A stretch of 64,000 nucleotides of DNA from Escherichia coli (GCF_003018255.1 NZ_CP027440.1), one strand, 5' to 3'; shown: positions 21,501-36,829, numbered from the stretch's first letter. A program made the numbers and translations. Notes: generated from the sequence alone by a model not told the origin.

Positions 21501-22259
21501 ATGAGCCAAATTTTACTGCAACCTGCTAACGCGATGATTACGCTGGAAAACGTCAATAAATGGTATGGGCAATTCCATGTTTTGAAAAATATAAATTTAA
21601 CCGTGCAACCGGGAGAACGGATCGTTCTGTGTGGCCCTTCTGGTTCCGGTAAATCGACAACCATTCGTTGTATTAATCATCTGGAAGAACATCAACAGGG
21701 ACGGATCGTGGTGGATGGCATCGAACTTAATGAAGATATCCGCAATATTGAGCGCGTCAGGCAGGAAGTGGGAATGGTCTTTCAGCATTTCAATCTCTTC
21801 CCTCATCTGACCGTTCTACAGAACTGTACCCTGGCACCGATTTGGGTACGCAAGATGCCTAAGAAAGAGGCTGAAGATCTGGCGTTGCATTACCTTGAGC
21901 GGGTGAGAATTGCCGAACATGCCCAGAAGTTTCCCGGACAGATTTCTGGTGGTCAGCAGCAACGCGTTGCCATTGCGCGTTCGCTGTGTATGAAGCCGAA
22001 AATTATGTTATTTGATGAGCCAACGTCGGCGCTCGATCCTGAGATGGTGAAAGAGGTGCTGGATACGATGATTGGGCTGGCGCAGTCGGGTATGACAATG
22101 CTGTGTGTAACACATGAGATGGGGTTTGCACGAACCGTCGCTGACAGGGTGATTTTTATGGATCGTGGGGAGATAGTGGAACAAGCTGCACCGGATGAGT
22201 TTTTTGCGCATCCTAAATCAGAGCGTACGAGGGCATTTTTATCGCAGGTGATCCATTAA
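21501..22259 (+). CDS. yhdZ: Amino-acid ABC transporter ATP-binding protein
   Basis: 252-aa ORF; Walker [13 protein letters not shown] signature SGGQQQRV. Confidence 0.95.
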   Translation: MSQILLQPANAMITLENVNKWYGQFHVLKNINLTVQPGERIVLCGPSGSGKSTTIRCINHLEEHQQGRIVVDGIELNEDIRNIERVRQEVGMVFQHFNLFPHLTVLQNCTLAPIWVRKMPKKEAEDLALHYLERVRIAEHAQKFPGQISGGQQQRVAIARSLCMKPKIMLFDEPTSALDPEMVKEVLDTMIGLAQSGMTMLCVTHEMGFARTVADRVIFMDRGEIVEQAAPDEFFAHPKSERTRAFLSQVIH

Positions 22260-22278
22260 TTGAATGTTAGTTCGAAAA

Positions 22279-22307
22279 GCAAAAAGGCCATCCTTTCGGA
22301 TGGCCTT
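22279..22307. terminator. Bidirectional hairpin terminator ending rrnD (minus) and yhdZ (plus)
   Basis: GGCCATCC-TTTC-GGATGGCC flanked by an A-run upstream and T-rich sequence downstream; positions checked against an ORF frame. Confidence 0.8.
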
Positions 22308-22319
22308 TCGCTTGATTTG

Positions 22320-22439
22320 ATGTCTGGCAGTTCCCTACTCTCGCATGGGGAGACCCCACACTACCATCGGCGCTACGGCGTTTCACTTCTGAGTTCGGCA
22401 TGGGGTCAGGTGGGACCACCGCGCTACTGCCGCCAGACA
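22320..22439 (-). rRNA. rrfF: 5S rRNA, distal copy of rrnD
   Basis: 120-nt match to E. coli 5S on reverse complement; coordinates checked against an overlapping ORF frame. Confidence 0.97.
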
Positions 22440-22476
22440 AATTCTTTTCTAATCTGCCGAACTTTAACCTAAAAAG

Positions 22477-22552
22477 TGGTGCTGATACCCAGAGTCGAAC
22501 TGGGGACCTCACCCTTACCAAGGGTGCGCTCTACCAACTGAGCCATATCAGC
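22477..22552 (-). tRNA. thrV: tRNA-Thr
   Basis: 76-nt reverse-complement match to GCTGATATGGCTCAGTTGGTAGAGCGCACCCTTGGTAAGGGTGAGGTCCCCAGTTCGACTCTGGGTATCAGCACCA. Confidence 0.97.
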
Positions 22553-22564
22553 ACGCTAAATTTG

Positions 22565-22684
22565 ATGCCTGGCAGTTCCCTACTCTCGCATGGGGAGACC
22601 CCACACTACCATCGGCGCTACGGCGTTTCACTTCTGAGTTCGGCATGGGGTCAGGTGGGACCACCGCGCTAAGGCCGCCAGGCA
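22565..22684 (-). rRNA. rrfD: 5S rRNA, proximal copy of rrnD
   Basis: 120-nt match to E. coli 5S on reverse complement. Confidence 0.97.
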
Positions 22685-22781
22685 AATTCTGTTTTATCAA
22701 CACGTCTCGTTATGACATGTCGATTTAATCTGTATCAGGCTGAAAATCTTCTCTCATCCGCCAAAACATCTTCGGCGTTGT

Positions 22782-25686
<2,905 letters not shown>

Positions 25687-25860
25687 TCACAACCCGAAGA
25701 TGTTTCACTTCAGAGTTGCGAAAATTTGAGAGACTCACGAACAACTTTCGTTGTTCAGTGTTTCAATTTTCAGCTTGATCCAGATTTTTAAAGAGCAAAA
25801 CTTCGCAGTGAACCTTTGCAGGTACACTCTGAAGTATTTTTTATTTAATCACTACAGAGA

Positions 25861-25936
25861 TGGTGGAGCTATGCGGGATCGAACCGCAGACCTCCTGCGT
25901 GCAAAGCAGGCGCTCTCCCAGCTGAGCTATAGCCCC
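25861..25936 (-). tRNA. alaU: tRNA-Ala (UGC), spacer tRNA
   Basis: 76-nt reverse-complement match to tRNA-Ala-UGC; coordinates checked against an overlapping ORF frame. Confidence 0.97.
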
Positions 25937-25978
25937 ATAACATGTAGTTAAAACCTCTTCAAATTTGCCGTGCAAATT

Positions 25979-26055
<77 letters not shown>

Positions 26056-26123
26056 GTAGAGGTTTTACTGCTCATTTTCATCAGACAATCTGTGTGAGCA
26101 CTGCAAAGTACGCTTCTTTAAGG

Positions 26124-27665
<1,542 letters not shown>

Positions 27666-27789
27666 AAAAGTTTGATGCTCAAAGAATTAAACTTCGTAAT
27701 GAATTACGTGTTCACTCTTGAGACTTGGTATTCATTTTTCGTCTTGCGACGTTAAGAATCCGTACCTTCGAGTGCCCACACAGATTGTC

Positions 27790-27809
27790 TGATAAATTGT
27801 TAAAGAGCA
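27790..27809 (-). promoter_or_regulatory. rrn leader boxA antitermination element
   Basis: Reverse complement reads TGCTCTTTAACAATTTATCA; positions checked against an ORF frame. Confidence 0.8.
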
Positions 27810-27849
27810 GTTGCGACGCGGCTTTCAGCTCACTGTCGCGAGGTGGCGT

Positions 27850-27877
27850 ATATTACGCTTTCCTCTTTCAGAGTCAA
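27850..27877 (-). promoter_or_regulatory. rrnD P2 promoter
   Basis: Minus strand: -35 TTGACT (27877-27872), 16-bp spacer, -10 TAATAT (27855-27850). Confidence 0.75.
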
Positions 27878-27957
27878 CCCCGAATTTCAGGATTTTTTCT
27901 CTTTGTTGTTACGACCATCTTGTGAAGTGTTTCACGTTGTCGTCTCAACGGAGGCGC

Positions 27958-27985
27958 ATTATAGGGATCCCAATTTTTTGCACAA
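27958..27985 (-). promoter_or_regulatory. rrnD P1 promoter core
   Basis: Minus strand: -35 TTGTGC (27985-27980), 16-bp spacer, -10 TATAAT (27963-27958), GC discriminator GCGCC; A/T-rich tract upstream (27986-28080) fits the UP element/Fis-site region. Confidence 0.75.
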
Positions 27986-28137
27986 GTACTTTTTTGATCT
28001 TTTTTTCTGTTTGTTGCTTTTTCACCCTTTTTGCTGCATTCGCACACAAAACGGTGCTTTTTTGCATGCTAAAAGACTTGCACAAGGCCAATAATGCACC
28101 CAAAGTCATTAGTAAATCATTTATTGTTGAGGTGAGT

Positions 28138-28692
28138 ATGTCTGATGTTTTACGCCCATACCGCGATCTTTTTCCACAAATCGGCCAGCGCGTAATGATC
28201 GACGATAGCAGCGTCGTGATTGGTGACGTTCGTCTGGCTGATGATGTGGGGATCTGGCCGCTCGTTGTGATTCGTGGAGATGTACATTATGTACAGATCG
28301 GAGCACGCACCAATATCCAGGATGGCAGTATGTTGCATGTCACTCATAAATCCTCGTACAACCCAGATGGCAACCCATTAACCATTGGCGAAGATGTCAC
28401 TGTTGGTCACAAGGTGATGCTCCACGGCTGCACCATTGGCAATCGAGTTTTGGTTGGGATGGGCTCAATTTTACTTGATGGCGCAATAGTAGAAGATGAT
28501 GTGATGATTGGTGCGGGTAGCCTGGTCCCACAAAATAAACGGCTGGAGAGCGGATATCTGTATCTCGGTAGCCCCGTCAAACAGATCCGCCCGTTAAGTG
28601 ATGAAGAGAAGGCTGGGTTACGCTATTCCGCGAAGAATTACGTGAAATGGAAGGACGAATATCTGGATCAGGGTAACCAGACCCAACCTTGA
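28138..28692 (+). CDS. yrdA: Hexapeptide-repeat (gamma-carbonic-anhydrase-like) protein YrdA
   Basis: 184 aa from ATG 28138 (MSDVLRPYRDLF); left-handed beta-helix repeats; ORF-track start 27811 runs through the rrnD promoters. Confidence 0.92.
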   Translation: MSDVLRPYRDLFPQIGQRVMIDDSSVVIGDVRLADDVGIWPLVVIRGDVHYVQIGARTNIQDGSMLHVTHKSSYNPDGNPLTIGEDVTVGHKVMLHGCTIGNRVLVGMGSILLDGAIVEDDVMIGAGSLVPQNKRLESGYLYLGSPVKQIRPLSDEEKAGLRYSAKNYVKWKDEYLDQGNQTQP

Positions 28693-28925
28693 TCATCTTC
28701 ACTTTGTTCCTGAATTAAGTTTTCCGCTTCTTCTTCCAGGTCCCAGCGATGCTGACGAAAACTCGCTAACCACTGTTCTGGCGTATCTCCAGTAAAGCGA
28801 TACGCCAGACTCTCGCCAGAGATCGCACATGTCAGTTGCATACCATTCACGAGAGCGGGAAAACATACACATCTTTTATTCTCGTCCCACTCTTCCCTAT
28901 CCGGAAACTGGATGGCCTGATTCAC
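28668..28925 (-). CDS. yrdB: DUF1488 protein YrdB
   Basis: 85-aa acidic ORF; 3' end overlaps yrdA 3' end by 25 nt on the opposite strand. Confidence 0.85.
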   Translation of the reverse strand: MNQAIQFPDREEWDENKRCVCFPALVNGMQLTCAISGESLAYRFTGDTPEQWLASFRQHRWDLEEEAENLIQEQSEDDQGWVWLP

Positions 28926-29740
28926 GCTGACAATTCCTGTTGCAATAGTTTGATGACCGGTTCTACATCAGGCAGAACGCCATGCCAAAGAAGGAAGGCA
29001 TGAGCCGCCTGTGCCACCAGCATTCCTAAACCATCAGCATTACGCTTTGAGCCTCGCTGCTCACACCATGCCAGAAAAGGAGTTTTTCCTTTCTGATAGA
29101 ACATGTCATAGCAATAAATGCCTGGATGAATAAGCGATGACGGGATCGCCGGAATATCACCACTGATGCCACTGGATGTTGCATTAATAATGAGATCAAA
29201 CTCATGACCTTCCAGTTCGTCCATACCCAACGCCTGAATACTGCCAGTGTGCGCAAACAATTTAGCCAACTCTTCCGCGCGGGATACCGTCCGATTAGTG
29301 ATTGTCACCGCACAGTCCAGGGAAAGAAGTGGCAGTAGTACGCCGCGAGAAGCTCCACCAGCGCCGATGAGCAGAATACGTAAACCAGGACGGATAAAAG
29401 ACAGACGTTCCAGATCGCTTAACAAACCTATACCATCGGTATTGTCACCCAGCAGGCGTCCATCTTCTAACCGCTTGAGGGTATTAACAGCACCAGCCAA
29501 CGCTGCCCGTTCAGTAAGCTCATCCGCTCTGGCAAAAGCCTCTTCTTTAAAAGGTACCGTCACATTCGCACCTTTACCACCAGCACTAAAGAAAGCGTTC
29601 AGTGTGTTGATGAAATCATTGATGGGTGCCAACACGCGCCCATAGGGATGTTCAATATTCAGTTGCTGAGCAAATTGCTGATGAATGAATGGCGATTTGC
29701 TGTGGGCTATCGGATTACCAAAAACAGCATAGGTTTCCAT
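28922..29740 (-). CDS. aroE: Shikimate 5-dehydrogenase
   Basis: 272 aa from ATG at 29740 ([20 protein letters not shown]); ORF-track start is a 9-codon upstream extension. Confidence 0.95.
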   Translation of the reverse strand: METYAVFGNPIAHSKSPFIHQQFAQQLNIEHPYGRVLAPINDFINTLNAFFSAGGKGANVTVPFKEEAFARADELTERAALAGAVNTLKRLEDGRLLGDNTDGIGLLSDLERLSFIRPGLRILLIGAGGASRGVLLPLLSLDCAVTITNRTVSRAEELAKLFAHTGSIQALGMDELEGHEFDLIINATSSGISGDIPAIPSSLIHPGIYCYDMFYQKGKTPFLAWCEQRGSKRNADGLGMLVAQAAHAFLLWHGVLPDVEPVIKLLQQELSA

Positions 29741-29744
29741 TATG

Positions 29745-30317
29745 TTACCCCTGTCGAAACAGTTCACCCGTCAGGGCATCGCGGATTTCTGAAGGATTTA
29801 AACGCCCCCCCGTTTCACCAGGCACAACCGGGAACGCCGCGCCAAATTGTGCGCGAACTTCGTCTACTGTTCGACAAGGTGGCAATCCACTCAAGTTGGC
29901 ACTGGTAGAAACCAGCGGTTTACCATAAGCCTGGCACAAAGCAACCACCAACGGATGGTCGGTGACTCGTACAGCAAGCGAATCAAAGCGGCCCGTCAAC
30001 CAGCGCGGTGTTGTCGCAGGCGCGGGAAAGACAAAGGTGACAGGACCTGGCCAGCGGGAAAAAATGGTTTCACGCTGCGCATCAGTCAGCATGGTGTCAT
30101 CAATATAGGGTTTAAGCTGCTCGTAATTTGCCGCGATTAAAATCAGCCCCTTATCAACCGGACGCTGTTTTAACTCCAACAGTCGCATCACTGCTGTTTC
30201 GCTATCAGGATCGCACCCGACACCGAAAACGGCTTCCGTTGGATAGGCGATGACACGTTTTTCATTGAGGACATCTATCGCAGCTGCGATAGCGTCTCCT
30301 TGCAGGTTATTATTCAC
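29745..30317 (-). CDS. tsaC: L-threonylcarbamoyladenylate synthase TsaC (YrdC), t6A tRNA modification
   Basis: 190 aa; start reads as GTG (window CAC at 30315-30317) followed by NNNLQ; YrdC/Sua5 fold recognised. Confidence 0.9.
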   Translation of the reverse strand: MNNNLQGDAIAAAIDVLNEKRVIAYPTEAVFGVGCDPDSETAVMRLLELKQRPVDKGLILIAANYEQLKPYIDDTMLTDAQRETIFSRWPGPVTFVFPAPATTPRWLTGRFDSLAVRVTDHPLVVALCQAYGKPLVSTSANLSGLPPCRTVDEVRAQFGAAFPVVPGETGGRLNPSEIRDALTGELFRQG

Positions 30318-30321
30318 GTTA

Positions 30322-30864
30322 TTATTCCGCCGAAACCGGCTTTCCACATTGTTTACTGGCACAAAAGTGTTTTACACCCTGCGCGGTTTTCTTTTCGATG
30401 AGTAGCGGATAATGACACTCAGGGCATTCTCCAGCTATGGGTTTGAAGTTAATGGCAAATTGACACTCCGGGTAGCGATCACAGGAGTGAAATGTTTTGC
30501 CATAACGGGAACGGCGCTGGACCAGATGGCCCGTCCGACATTGGGGACAGGTAATTGCTGTTTCGTCCGGTTTATCGATAAGTTCGGTATGTTCGCATTC
30601 AGGGTAGTTACTGCAACCAATAAACATACCAAAGCGTCCCTGGCGTAATACCAGATTTGCGCCACATGCAGGGCAAACCTGCCCCTCCAGAACTTTGACA
30701 ATATGTCCATCCGCTGAAGATTTCAGAGGACGGACGTAGTCACACGCCGGATACTGTGAGCATCCAAGAAACGGACCGTGTTTCCCGGATCGAATAACCA
30801 GTTCAGCCCCGCACTTTGGGCAGGACTCATTATTACGCACCGTGAACAGTGCTGATTTCGCCAT
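30322..30864 (-). CDS. yrdD: Topoisomerase-I-type zinc-ribbon DNA-binding protein YrdD
   Basis: 180-aa ORF with four repeated Cys-x2-Cys...Cys-x-Cys zinc-ribbon modules. Confidence 0.9.
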   Translation of the reverse strand: MAKSALFTVRNNESCPKCGAELVIRSGKHGPFLGCSQYPACDYVRPLKSSADGHIVKVLEGQVCPACGANLVLRQGRFGMFIGCSNYPECEHTELIDKPDETAITCPQCRTGHLVQRRSRYGKTFHSCDRYPECQFAINFKPIAGECPECHYPLLIEKKTAQGVKHFCASKQCGKPVSAE

Positions 30865-30892
30865 AACAACTTATGCTGAATTAAAGAAATGA

Positions 30893-31366
30893 TTAATGCA
30901 GCATACCTTCATTCACTTCAAAGAGTAATTCTTCCATTTGCTGGTACGCATTTTCGCAGCCCGGAATATTGAACAACACCATCAGGATTACCCATTTCAG
31001 GTCTTCCAGGTCGAACTCTGCGGTATCCAGCGCGAGCACTCGCTCTATCACCATTTCACGGGTTTCAAGGTTAAGCACCTGAATTTGCTCAAGGAAAAGC
31101 AGAAAACCACGACAGCTGGCATCCAGCCTTTCACACTCTTCAGGGGTATAAATACGCATGGAGAGTGGATCAGAGGCCAGTTGCATCGGTTCTGCCAGTC
31201 CTTCCTGATAATCCGCAAGCTTTTCCAGCCAAAGCAGGGCATTGTAGATATCTTCTCGATCAAATCCTGCGTCGGTAAGATCCTGTTCAAGTTTGTCTTG
31301 ATCCACACGCAACTCAGCTTCTGTGTGAATATAGGTTTCAAACAAATACATTAGTACGTCGAACAT
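30893..31366 (-). CDS. smg: Smg protein (DUF494)
   Basis: 157-aa acidic ORF recognised from translation. Confidence 0.92.
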
Positions 31367-32462
31367 GGCATGCCCTCCTCAATCGGACATAGCCGCCGGG
31401 TACAGCTGCGATCCATCCTGCTAACTCCAGTTCGAGTAGTTGAGTTACTACCTCTGGCACAGGTTGGCCGGCACGTTCAGCGACGACGTCAACAGGTGTT
31501 ACCTCATCTCCTACGTTAGCCAGGAGCTCAGGAAATGGCAATGCCACGTCTTCCTGATCTGGTGAATAAAATGAATTTTCAGGGGCGTCTGGCAACCAGT
31601 GCAATCCAAATTGCAAGTTTTCCAGAATTTCTTCCGGTTCCGTCACAAGAATCGCACCTTGTTTTATTAACCAGTGAGGCCCTTCGCTTCCCGGATTCCC
31701 TAATGGACCCGGCAAGGCAAAAACTTCACGCCCCTGCTCAAGCGCACAACGTGCTGTCACCAGCGAACCACTGCGCAAAGCCGCTTCCACCACCAGTACA
31801 CCTTTACTTAGACCACTGATAATGCGATTTCTTCGTGGGAAATTGTAAGCAAGGGGTGGAACATCGAGGGGAAATTCCGAGACAAGAGCACCACCATGTT
31901 CAAGCAAACTGGTAGCCAGTCGGGCATGGCGACGCGGATGAATGGTATTAAGTCCATTCCCCAATACAGCAATGCTGACGCCATTTACCTGTAAGGCCGC
32001 TTTATGCGCCACACCATCGATTCCACGCGCCAGTCCACTCGTAATTGTCACTCCACGCGTCGCCAGAGTTTCGCAAAATAATCGTCCCCATCGCTCGCCA
32101 TACCATGAATGCGCCCGACTCCCCACTACGGCAAGCTGAAATGAATGCAGCGCGTGCAGTTCTCCTTCAACAAACAGTGCGCCGGGGTAATCTGTCGTCG
32201 CAAGAAGTTGAGGAGGATAAAATTCGCTGTCCGCAGGAATTAAATGATGGTTGGGTTGCTCCAACCAAGAAAGTGAGCTTTCGATACTCTTTCGCGGAAA
32301 TGAAAGAAAGCGTTGTGCCTGCCGCAATGTAAGCCCAGTTTGCTGCAATACAACCGCATCAATATTCGACTGTTTTGCCAGCCAGTGAGCTATACGGACC
32401 ATATCATCGCCGTACAAGCTGCTGATGCTCATTAAACGCAGCCAAATTTCTGTATCGACCAT
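31338..32462 (-). CDS. dprA: DNA processing protein DprA (Smf)
   Basis: 374-aa ORF; Rossmann-like DprA domain; 3' end overlaps smg start by 29 nt. Confidence 0.95.
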
Positions 32463-32591
32463 CCTTATCTCCCTGCCATAAGCAGCCTTAGCAATCTTTG
32501 CGATTGGTCAGTGATGCTGTCAATCAGAGGGGGATTTGTCTAGAATAGAAGAAATAATCTTTCTAACTCCTGAACACATCTCTGGAGATTT

Positions 32592-33101
32592 ATGTCAGTT
32601 TTGCAAGTGTTACATATTCCGGACGAGCGGCTTCGCAAAGTTGCTAAACCGGTAGAAGAAGTGAATGCAGAAATTCAGCGTATCGTCGATGATATGTTCG
32701 AGACGATGTACGCAGAAGAAGGTATTGGCCTGGCGGCAACCCAGGTCGATATCCATCAACGTATCATTGTTATTGATGTTTCGGAAAACCGTGACGAACG
32801 GCTGGTGTTAATCAATCCGGAGCTTTTAGAAAAAAGCGGCGAAACAGGCATTGAAGAAGGATGCCTGTCGATCCCTGAACAACGTGCTTTAGTGCCACGC
32901 GCAGAGAAAGTTAAAATTCGCGCCCTGGACCGCGACGGTAAACCATTTGAACTGGAAGCAGAGGGTCTGTTAGCCATCTGTATTCAGCATGAGATGGATC
33001 ACTTGGTCGGCAAACTGTTTATGGATTATCTGTCACCGCTGAAACAACAACGTATTCGTCAGAAAGTTGAAAAACTGGATCGTCTGAAAGCCCGGGCTTA
33101 A
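32592..33101 (+). CDS. def: Peptide deformylase
   Basis: 169-aa ORF; metal-binding motifs EGCLS and HEMDH. Confidence 0.98.
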
Positions 33102-33115
33102 GGATAAGAACTAAC

Positions 33116-34063
33116 GTGTCAGAATCACTACGTATTATTTTTGCGGGTACACCTGACTTTGCAGCGCGTCATCTCGACGCGCTGTTGTCTTCTGGTCATA
33201 ACGTCGTTGGCGTGTTCACCCAGCCAGACCGACCGGCAGGACGCGGTAAAAAACTGATGCCCAGCCCGGTTAAAGTTCTGGCTGAGGAAAAAGGTCTGCC
33301 CGTTTTTCAACCGGTTTCCCTGCGTCCACAAGAAAACCAGCAACTGGTCGCCGATCTACAGGCTGATGTTATGGTTGTCGTCGCCTATGGCTTAATTCTG
33401 CCTAAAGCAGTGCTGGAGATGCCGCGTCTTGGCTGTATCAACGTTCATGGTTCACTGCTGCCACGCTGGCGCGGTGCTGCACCAATCCAACGCTCACTAT
33501 GGGCGGGTGATGCAGAAACTGGTGTGACCATTATGCAAATGGATGTTGGTTTAGACACCGGAGACATGCTCTATAAGCTCTCCTGCCCGATTACTGCAGA
33601 AGATACCAGTGGTACGCTGTACGACAAGCTGGCAGAGCTTGGCCCACAAGGGCTTATCACCACGTTGAAACAATTGGCAGACGGCACGGCGAAACCAGAA
33701 GTTCAGGACGAAACTCTTGTCACTTACGCCGAGAAGTTGAGTAAAGAAGAAGCGCGTATTGACTGGTCACTTTCGGCAGCACAGCTTGAACGCTGCATTC
33801 GCGCTTTCAATCCATGGCCAATGAGCTGGCTGGAAATTGAAGGACAGCCGGTTAAAGTCTGGAAAGCATCGGTCATTGATACGGCAACCAACGCTGCACC
33901 AGGAACGATCCTTGAAGCCAACAAACAAGGCATTCAGGTTGCGACTGGTGATGGCATCCTGAACCTGCTCTCGTTACAACCTGCGGGTAAGAAAGCGATG
34001 AGCGCGCAAGACCTCCTGAACTCTCGTCGGGAATGGTTTGTTCCGGGCAACCGTCTGGTCTGA
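33116..34063 (+). CDS. fmt: Methionyl-tRNA formyltransferase
   Basis: 315-aa ORF ([20 protein letters not shown]); start codon reads GTG. Confidence 0.97.
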   Translation: MSESLRIIFAGTPDFAARHLDALLSSGHNVVGVFTQPDRPAGRGKKLMPSPVKVLAEEKGLPVFQPVSLRPQENQQLVADLQADVMVVVAYGLILPKAVLEMPRLGCINVHGSLLPRWRGAAPIQRSLWAGDAETGVTIMQMDVGLDTGDMLYKLSCPITAEDTSGTLYDKLAELGPQGLITTLKQLADGTAKPEVQDETLVTYAEKLSKEEARIDWSLSAAQLERCIRAFNPWPMSWLEIEGQPVKVWKASVIDTATNAAPGTILEANKQGIQVATGDGILNLLSLQPAGKKAMSAQDLLNSRREWFVPGNRLV

Positions 34064-34108
34064 TAGTCCACTCTTCTAAGCCCGGTCTTGCCGGGCATTT
34101 TTATACTT

Positions 34109-35398
34109 ATGAAAAAACAACGTAATTTACGTAGCATGGCGGCCCAGGCCGTTGAACAAGTCGTCGAGCAAGGGCAATCATTAAGCAACATTCTGCCACC
34201 GCTCCAGCAAAAAGTTTCCGATAAAGACAAAGCACTTCTTCAAGAGTTGTGCTTTGGCGTACTGCGTACGCTTTCGCAGTTAAACTGGCTGATTAATAAG
34301 TTAATGGCCCGTCCGATGACCGGCAAACAGCGGACCGTGCATTACCTGATTATGGTTGGTTTGTATCAACTGCTTTATACCCGCATACCACCTCATGCTG
34401 CGCTGGCTGAAACGGTTGAAGGCGCTATCGCAATTAAGCGCCCGCAACTTAAAGGGTTGATAAACGGTGTATTACGCCAGTTCCAGCGTCAGCAAGAAGA
34501 GTTATTAGCCGAGTTTAATGCCAGTGATGCACGTTATCTGCATCCTTCCTGGTTGCTGAAGCGTCTGCAAAAAGCGTATCCAGAGCAGTGGCAATCCATC
34601 GTCGAAGCCAATAACCAGCGTCCGCCAATGTGGCTGCGCGTTAATCGTACGCATCATTCCCGCGACAGCTGGCTTGCATTGCTGGATGAAGCAGGAATGA
34701 AAGGTTTCCCGCCTGCGGATTACCCTGATGCTGTACGTCTGGAAACACCTGCACCTGTTCATGCGCTACCTGGTTTTGAAGACGGATGGGTTACCGTTCA
34801 GGATGCCTCAGCACAAGGTTGCATGACCTGGCTTGCGCCACAAAACGGTGAACACATTTTGGATCTTTGTGCCGCCCCCGGCGGTAAAACAACGCATATC
34901 CTTGAGGTGGCACCAGAAGCGCAGGTTGTTGCGGTTGATATTGACGAACAGCGCCTCTCTCGCGTTTACGACAATTTAAAACGCCTTGGTATGAAGGCAA
35001 CCGTGAAACAAGGTGATGGCCGCTACCCTTCCCAATGGTGTGGCGAGCAACAGTTTGATCGCATTTTATTAGATGCGCCTTGTTCAGCAACCGGTGTGAT
35101 TCGTCGCCATCCGGATATTAAATGGTTACGTCGCGATCGCGATATCCCGGAACTCGCGCAATTGCAGTCTGAAATTCTCGACGCCATTTGGCCGCATTTA
35201 AAATCCGGTGGAACCCTGGTCTATGCCACCTGTTCGGTGTTACCGGAAGAGAATAGCCTGCAGATTAAAGCCTTTTTGCAACGTACCGCTGATGCCGAAC
35301 TTTGCGAAACAGGAACACCAGAGCAACCGGGTAAACAAAATCTGCCTGGTGCCGAAGAGGGCGACGGCTTCTTTTACGCTAAGCTAATCAAAAAGTGA
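34109..35398 (+). CDS. rsmB: 16S rRNA m5C967 methyltransferase RsmB (Sun)
   Basis: 429 aa from ATG 34109 ([13 protein letters not shown]); NusB-like N-domain plus SAM methyltransferase; ORF-track start 34088 is an upstream extension. Confidence 0.95.
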   Translation: MKKQRNLRSMAAQAVEQVVEQGQSLSNILPPLQQKVSDKDKALLQELCFGVLRTLSQLNWLINKLMARPMTGKQRTVHYLIMVGLYQLLYTRIPPHAALAETVEGAIAIKRPQLKGLINGVLRQFQRQQEELLAEFNASDARYLHPSWLLKRLQKAYPEQWQSIVEANNQRPPMWLRVNRTHHSRDSWLALLDEAGMKGFPPADYPDAVRLETPAPVHALPGFEDGWVTVQDASAQGCMTWLAPQNGEHILDLCAAPGGKTTHILEVAPEAQVVAVDIDEQRLSRVYDNLKRLGMKATVKQGDGRYPSQWCGEQQFDRILLDAPCSATGVIRRHPDIKWLRRDRDIPELAQLQSEILDAIWPHLKSGGTLVYATCSVLPEENSLQIKAFLQRTADAELCETGTPEQPGKQNLPGAEEGDGFFYAKLIKK

Positions 35399-35419
35399 TG
35401 AGATAACGGGTCGCGACTG

Positions 35420-36796
35420 ATGAAAATTATCATTCTGGGTGCCGGCCAGGTTGGCGGCACACTGGCGGAAAACCTGGTTGGCGAGAACAACGATATTACT
35501 GTTGTCGATACCAACGGTGAGCGTCTGCGGACCTTGCAGGATAAATTTGACCTGCGAGTCGTGCAGGGGCATGGCTCTCATCCACGCGTATTGCGGGAGG
35601 CAGGTGCCGACGACGCCGATATGCTGGTTGCTGTAACTAGTTCAGATGAAACCAATATGGTTGCCTGCCAGGTAGCCTACTCACTTTTCAACACCCCTAA
35701 TCGCATCGCTCGTATCCGCTCACCAGACTACGTGCGCGATGCCGATAAACTATTTCATTCAGATGCTGTACCGATTGATCATCTGATCGCACCAGAGCAG
35801 TTGGTTATCGATAATATTTACCGACTGATTGAGTATCCCGGCGCATTGCAGGTGGTGAACTTCGCTGAGGGTAAAGTCAGCCTGGCTGTGGTTAAAGCCT
35901 ATTATGGCGGCCCGCTGATTGGTAATGCACTTTCGACCATGCGCGAACATATGCCCCATATCGATACTCGTGTGGCAGCAATTTTCCGCCACGATCGCCC
36001 CATTCGTCCGCAAGGTTCGACCATTGTTGAAGCTGGTGATGAAGTGTTCTTTATTGCCGCTTCACAGCATATCCGCGCGGTGATGAGTGAATTACAGCGA
36101 CTGGAAAAACCGTATAAGCGGATCATGCTGGTTGGCGGCGGTAATATCGGTGCAGGGCTGGCGCGTCGTCTGGAAAAAGATTACAGCGTTAAACTCATCG
36201 AACGTAATCAGCAGCGCGCTGCCGAACTGGCGGAAAAGTTGCAGAATACGATCGTCTTTTTTGGTGATGCGTCGGATCAAGAACTGCTGGCCGAAGAACA
36301 TATCGATCAAGTTGATCTGTTTATTGCTGTCACCAACGATGACGAAGCCAATATCATGTCCGCCATGCTTGCCAAACGTATGGGTGCGAAAAAGGTGATG
36401 GTATTGATCCAGCGTCGCGCTTATGTGGATCTGGTTCAGGGGAGCGTGATCGATATTGCGATTTCACCGCAACAAGCAACTATTTCTGCGTTGCTTAGCC
36501 ATGTGCGAAAAGCTGATATTGTTGGTGTTTCCTCACTGCGCCGCGGCGTAGCAGAAGCTATTGAAGCCGTTGCTCACGGTGATGAAAGCACCTCACGCGT
36601 TGTCGGCAGAGTCATTGATGAAATCAAGCTACCGCCAGGAACGATTATTGGAGCGGTGGTACGTGGAAACGACGTGATGATTGCCAATGACAATCTGCGC
36701 ATTGAGCAAGGCGATCACGTAATTATGTTCCTCACAGATAAAAAGTTTATTACCGACGTCGAAAGACTCTTCCAGCCAAGTCCTTTCTTCTTGTAA
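35420..36796 (+). CDS. trkA: Potassium uptake system NAD-binding protein TrkA
   Basis: 458-aa ORF with duplicated Rossmann GxGxxG ([19 protein letters not shown]). Confidence 0.97.
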   Translation: MKIIILGAGQVGGTLAENLVGENNDITVVDTNGERLRTLQDKFDLRVVQGHGSHPRVLREAGADDADMLVAVTSSDETNMVACQVAYSLFNTPNRIARIRSPDYVRDADKLFHSDAVPIDHLIAPEQLVIDNIYRLIEYPGALQVVNFAEGKVSLAVVKAYYGGPLIGNALSTMREHMPHIDTRVAAIFRHDRPIRPQGSTIVEAGDEVFFIAASQHIRAVMSELQRLEKPYKRIMLVGGGNIGAGLARRLEKDYSVKLIERNQQRAAELAEKLQNTIVFFGDASDQELLAEEHIDQVDLFIAVTNDDEANIMSAMLAKRMGAKKVMVLIQRRAYVDLVQGSVIDIAISPQQATISALLSHVRKADIVGVSSLRRGVAEAIEAVAHGDESTSRVVGRVIDEIKLPPGTIIGAVVRGNDVMIANDNLRIEQGDHVIMFLTDKKFITDVERLFQPSPFFL

Positions 36797-36799
36797 TTA

Positions 36800-36829
36800 A
36801 TAAGGCGTCTAATGACGCCTTATTATTTC
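36800..36829 (+). terminator. Rho-independent terminator after trkA
   Basis: AAGGCGTC-TAAT-GACGCCTT hairpin followed by T-rich tract. Confidence 0.8.

Noticed and set aside
22320-22684. Direct repeat of about 120 bp flanking thrV, considered as a possible mobile-element or CRISPR-like repeat
   Set aside because: The repeats are the two 5S rRNA genes of rrnD; there are only two copies, with no spacers array and no cas or transposase genes.
27811-28692. 293-aa ORF in the track that extends yrdA about 330 nt upstream
   Set aside because: The extension runs through the rrnD P1/P2 promoters and UP region; the recognised YrdA protein starts at ATG 28138.
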